Of a stretch of DNA of 64,000 bases, positions 61,232 through 64,000 are shown one piece after another. Within the stretch, counting starts at the first letter, position 1. The number at the start of each line of letters is the position of its first letter. The position numbers and the translations under genes were made by a program. A model generated the notes under the pieces. It made no database searches. It was not told the origin of the DNA and saw only the letters and a program-made list of their open reading frames with translations. Source of the DNA: Azolla caroliniana (Eukaryota > Plantae > Polypodiophyta); assembly GCA_043228905.1 (NCBI GenBank), contig JBHGNT010000016.1:186001-250000 (forward strand), in the 5' to 3' direction.

Positions 61232-64000
61232 ATGACTAGACCAACGCACGACTTGGTTACAGACCGAGCTCGACGCCTCGCCGAACGGCAAAGACGGCGT
61301 GAGACTTTCCAGCAAGCAGCGCAGGAAATTCGCTCGGATCGTTCGTTCTCCAACGAGATCCGGAGAGTCGCGGAGGAATCTCTCCGGTTACGGCAAACTC
61401 GCGACCAGGACGACGGAAGCAGTCTAAGTAGTCTCCGGGAAACCGAACGCCTCCTGGAGGCACTGGCAAGCGGAGAAAACGAAGCAGAAGCCTTTTCAGC
61501 CTACGAATCGGATTCCGAAGGGGGATACAGCGTGCACACGAACTACCGAAGCAGCAACGATACCCCTGGCGGCCCGGAGGACGACGGGTCGGATACCGTG
61601 CCGACTCCAGAACCGGAACCGCTCAACCAGGGCTATCCGGAACCGCAAACGGAAGGCGTCAACCCACCAACACCGGAAGTGGAAGAACCAAAGCCACCAA
61701 CACCAACGAAAGAGCCGGCAAAAGTACCGGAAGAGGAGCCGGTGAAGGAACCGGAAAAAGAACCGGAAAAAGTACCGGAAGTGGAACCGGAGAGAAAACC
61801 GGAAAGATATCAACGAATGCCACTAAACCGCGGCCTAATACTGGACGACGACATGCCGTTCCAATACTCAAAGTATCGCGATGATCCGGACGCGGAAGCG
61901 CATGTTGATGACTTCGAGCAGACATGGGAAGCAAATCACACGTCCCAGCGAATGACACCGGAGGAAGAAGAACGCTCGAAGATAGCGGAATTCGGAGTCA
62001 CGTTGGAGGGACCAGCGACACGATGGCGGCGGTCGCAGGACCCGGCGACCATCACAACATTTGCAGAATTAAAAGCAAAATTCTTGCATTTTTTCCACAA
62101 GGAGGTCGACCAGACGACAATGGTGGGCCTGTTTTATACGATCCGACAGGAGGCAGGGGAAAGCATTCCCCAATTCGTCATCCGTTTCCAACGAATGCAT
62201 AGCCAGCTTGCCCGTGCACCCCCGGAGGAGGAATTACGGACGATATTTTTAAACGCACTCCGGGAACCGTTACGCACGGTGTGTACGGTAATCGACTTTC
62301 GAGGATGCACCATCGACCAGGTCATTGACCGGGTCAGAGAAATGGAAAAGACAAGCTCATGGCTTACGCTGGGAACACTGCAACGGGCGTTACCCACCGA
62401 GGAAGATCTCCGGTTCCGGCAGGCAATTCAATGCACAATCTGCTTGAATGCCGGACACTCGGCAGTAGAGTGCACCATGCGCACTCAGTGTGTGATTTGT
62501 CAATCCAAGAGTCATACAACGGACCGGTGCGAGTACAACCTGTTAAATCGACAAGCACCACCCGTCCGACGGATCGAGCCAAGAAACAGCCAAGACGAAG
62601 ATGAAGATCGTTGGCAAAGAATGAACCGGTACCGACCGGCACAGGATGTCCGGTACGGAGACAGGCAAGAGAATGATGGCCGGTACGGGAATCGGCGGGA
62701 TAACTACGACCGGTATGAGCGATCGGACCGTTATCGAGAGCCCAACAGGCGACACGAGCAATACGACAGAGACCATTCCCCTGGTTACCGAAGGCACCAG
62801 GAGGACTACGGCCGATTTTACGATCCACCACGACCGGACTACCGAAATAAACATAAGAATAATAAGAAACGTAATTTCAAGAAAGGTGGTCACCCTAGGG
62901 ACCCGGAACATGGAACCCCAAGGAGCCAACCGGCACAGAACGCACCACTCGCTACGGGACCGACTCCGGCTACCAGCAATGCTGAATCCAGCAATACCCG
63001 TAAAGAGTACTGCTACTACTGCAGGCAGGAAGGCCACTACAGTAACCAGTGCCCGGTAAAGAGCTACGAGAAACGACCAGCAGTTAATATGGTGGTTCCG
63101 GAAGTGGCGGATTTACAGCAAGTAACCACACGGTCGAAAGGCATGGCTAAAGAATGGGAAACACAAGAGGCCATACGAAAACAGGCGACGGAATGGGTGA
63201 AGGAAGCCAATGAAAGGAACGTCGCGGACGCGGAACGGCAAAAGACGAATACCATAGGGAGTGCCGGCGGTAGCCACCCAGAAAACGAGACATGGCAAGC
63301 ACTGCAGGAATGTCAGATCACGTTGTCGTTAGGACGACTCTTGCAACTCGTGCCGCGATTTACGGAAGGACTAAAAACGGGCATGACAGACGGTATAGCT
63401 CCACCGGCACCAGTCCTTTTCTCGAATCCGGAGGAGGGACCGACGGTGGTGGACACTAGCAGTCCGGCGATTACAGCTATTGTCAAAGGACACGAACTTC
63501 CCGGCACCGTAATCGATGGAGGTTCCGGGGTGAACGTAATAAGCCTCCGTACGTGTGATGCCTTGGGTATACATGAATGGGAGCCATGCCCGTTCTGGCT
63601 ACGGATGGCGGATACGAGCTCGGTACGGCCGACGGGCTTAATACGGAAATTGGAGGTCACCATAGGAGGTCACACATTCCACATCTCGGCTGTAGTGCTC
63701 CAACTACAGGCGCAAGGCGCGTATCCACTGTTGCTGGGCAGACCATGGTTGAAAACAGCACACATCAAGCAAAATTGGCGGAAAAATATGATTACCTTCC
63801 GGCGCGGAAAAGCCAAGGTCCGGGTGCCGACACAACCACGGACGAGCAACGGTAAGGAATGCACACCGTTGTATGCGGAATGCGTGAACATGCTTGAAGG
63901 ATTGGCAGACGACGAAGAGGCCCAGTACTTGGACGAACACCCGAAGATCGTACCATTGTTCGAGATTGACGTAGCTGAAGCCGTAGCGCCATACTTGCCG
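61232..64000 (+). CDS. gag-pol: Gag-protease(-Pol) polyprotein, partial (>920 aa), absent from the ORF track
   Basis: Hand translation from ATG 61232 (MTRPTHDLV...): Pro/Glu-rich region; retrotransposon gag (LEGPATRW...FAELKAKF...IRQEAGESI); three CCHC knuckles; protease VIDGGSGVNV at ~63510 and YPLLLGRPWL. No stop was seen. Confidence 0.9.
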   Translation, partial: MTRPTHDLVTDRARRLAERQRRRETFQQAAQEIRSDRSFSNEIRRVAEESLRLRQTRDQDDGSSLSSLRETERLLEALASGENEAEAFSAYESDSEGGYSVHTNYRSSNDTPGGPEDDGSDTVPTPEPEPLNQGYPEPQTEGVNPPTPEVEEPKPPTPTKEPAKVPEEEPVKEPEKEPEKVPEVEPERKPERYQRMPLNRGLILDDDMPFQYSKYRDDPDAEAHVDDFEQTWEANHTSQRMTPEEEERSKIAEFGVTLEGPATRWRRSQDPATITTFAELKAKFLHFFHKEVDQTTMVGLFYTIRQEAGESIPQFVIRFQRMHSQLARAPPEEELRTIFLNALREPLRTVCTVIDFRGCTIDQVIDRVREMEKTSSWLTLGTLQRALPTEEDLRFRQAIQCTICLNAGHSAVECTMRTQCVICQSKSHTTDRCEYNLLNRQAPPVRRIEPRNSQDEDEDRWQRMNRYRPAQDVRYGDRQENDGRYGNRRDNYDRYERSDRYREPNRRHEQYDRDHSPGYRRHQEDYGRFYDPPRPDYRNKHKNNKKRNFKKGGHPRDPEHGTPRSQPAQNAPLATGPTPATSNAESSNTRKEYCYYCRQEGHYSNQCPVKSYEKRPAVNMVVPEVADLQQVTTRSKGMAKEWETQEAIRKQATEWVKEANERNVADAERQKTNTIGSAGGSHPENETWQALQECQITLSLGRLLQLVPRFTEGLKTGMTDGIAPPAPVLFSNPEEGPTVVDTSSPAITAIVKGHELPGTVIDGGSGVNVISLRTCDALGIHEWEPCPFWLRMADTSSVRPTGLIRKLEVTIGGHTFHISAVVLQLQAQGAYPLLLGRPWLKTAHIKQNWRKNMITFRRGKAKVRVPTQPRTSNGKECTPLYAECVNMLEGLADDEEAQYLDEHPKIVPLFEIDVAEAVAPYLP

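Larger units (their letters stand above)
60761..64000 (+). mobile_element. Ty3/gypsy non-chromovirus LTR retrotransposon (Phygy/Selgy-like), 5' part only
   Basis: Abrupt satellite junction TGAAC|TGTTA; LTR; TGG-type PBS; long gag-protease ORF continuing off the window. Clade is tentative without RT. Confidence 0.88.

Overview
Eukaryotic, land-plant-type heterochromatin; no host genes are visible. About 50 kb (~280 copies) is a head-to-tail 178-bp satellite of probable centromeric or pericentromeric type, with two monomer subtypes, higher-order repeats and many small end-joining scars. Three young LTR retrotransposons interrupt the array, all on the + strand. (1) An intact Ty1/copia (Tork/Tnt1-like) element at 8979-14316, with 612-bp LTRs differing at one base and a GGATG TSD. 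(2) A Ty3/gypsy chromovirus (Tcn1/Tf1-sushi-like) at 24140-29697. It has a 10-unit heat-shock element against its TATA box, a tRNA-independent self-priming PBS, a -1 frameshift signal and a chromodomain. Its 3' LTR has been cut and patched with templated filler. (3) A non-chromoviral gypsy (Phygy/Selgy-like) from 60761 running off the window, whose gag-pol ORF is missing from the ORF track. A (TTTAGGG)3 insertion with a 9-bp flanking duplication sits inside one monomer and has been duplicated. The element mix suggests a non-seed plant such as a moss or lycophyte (inference). Nearly all short ORFs in the track are spurious.
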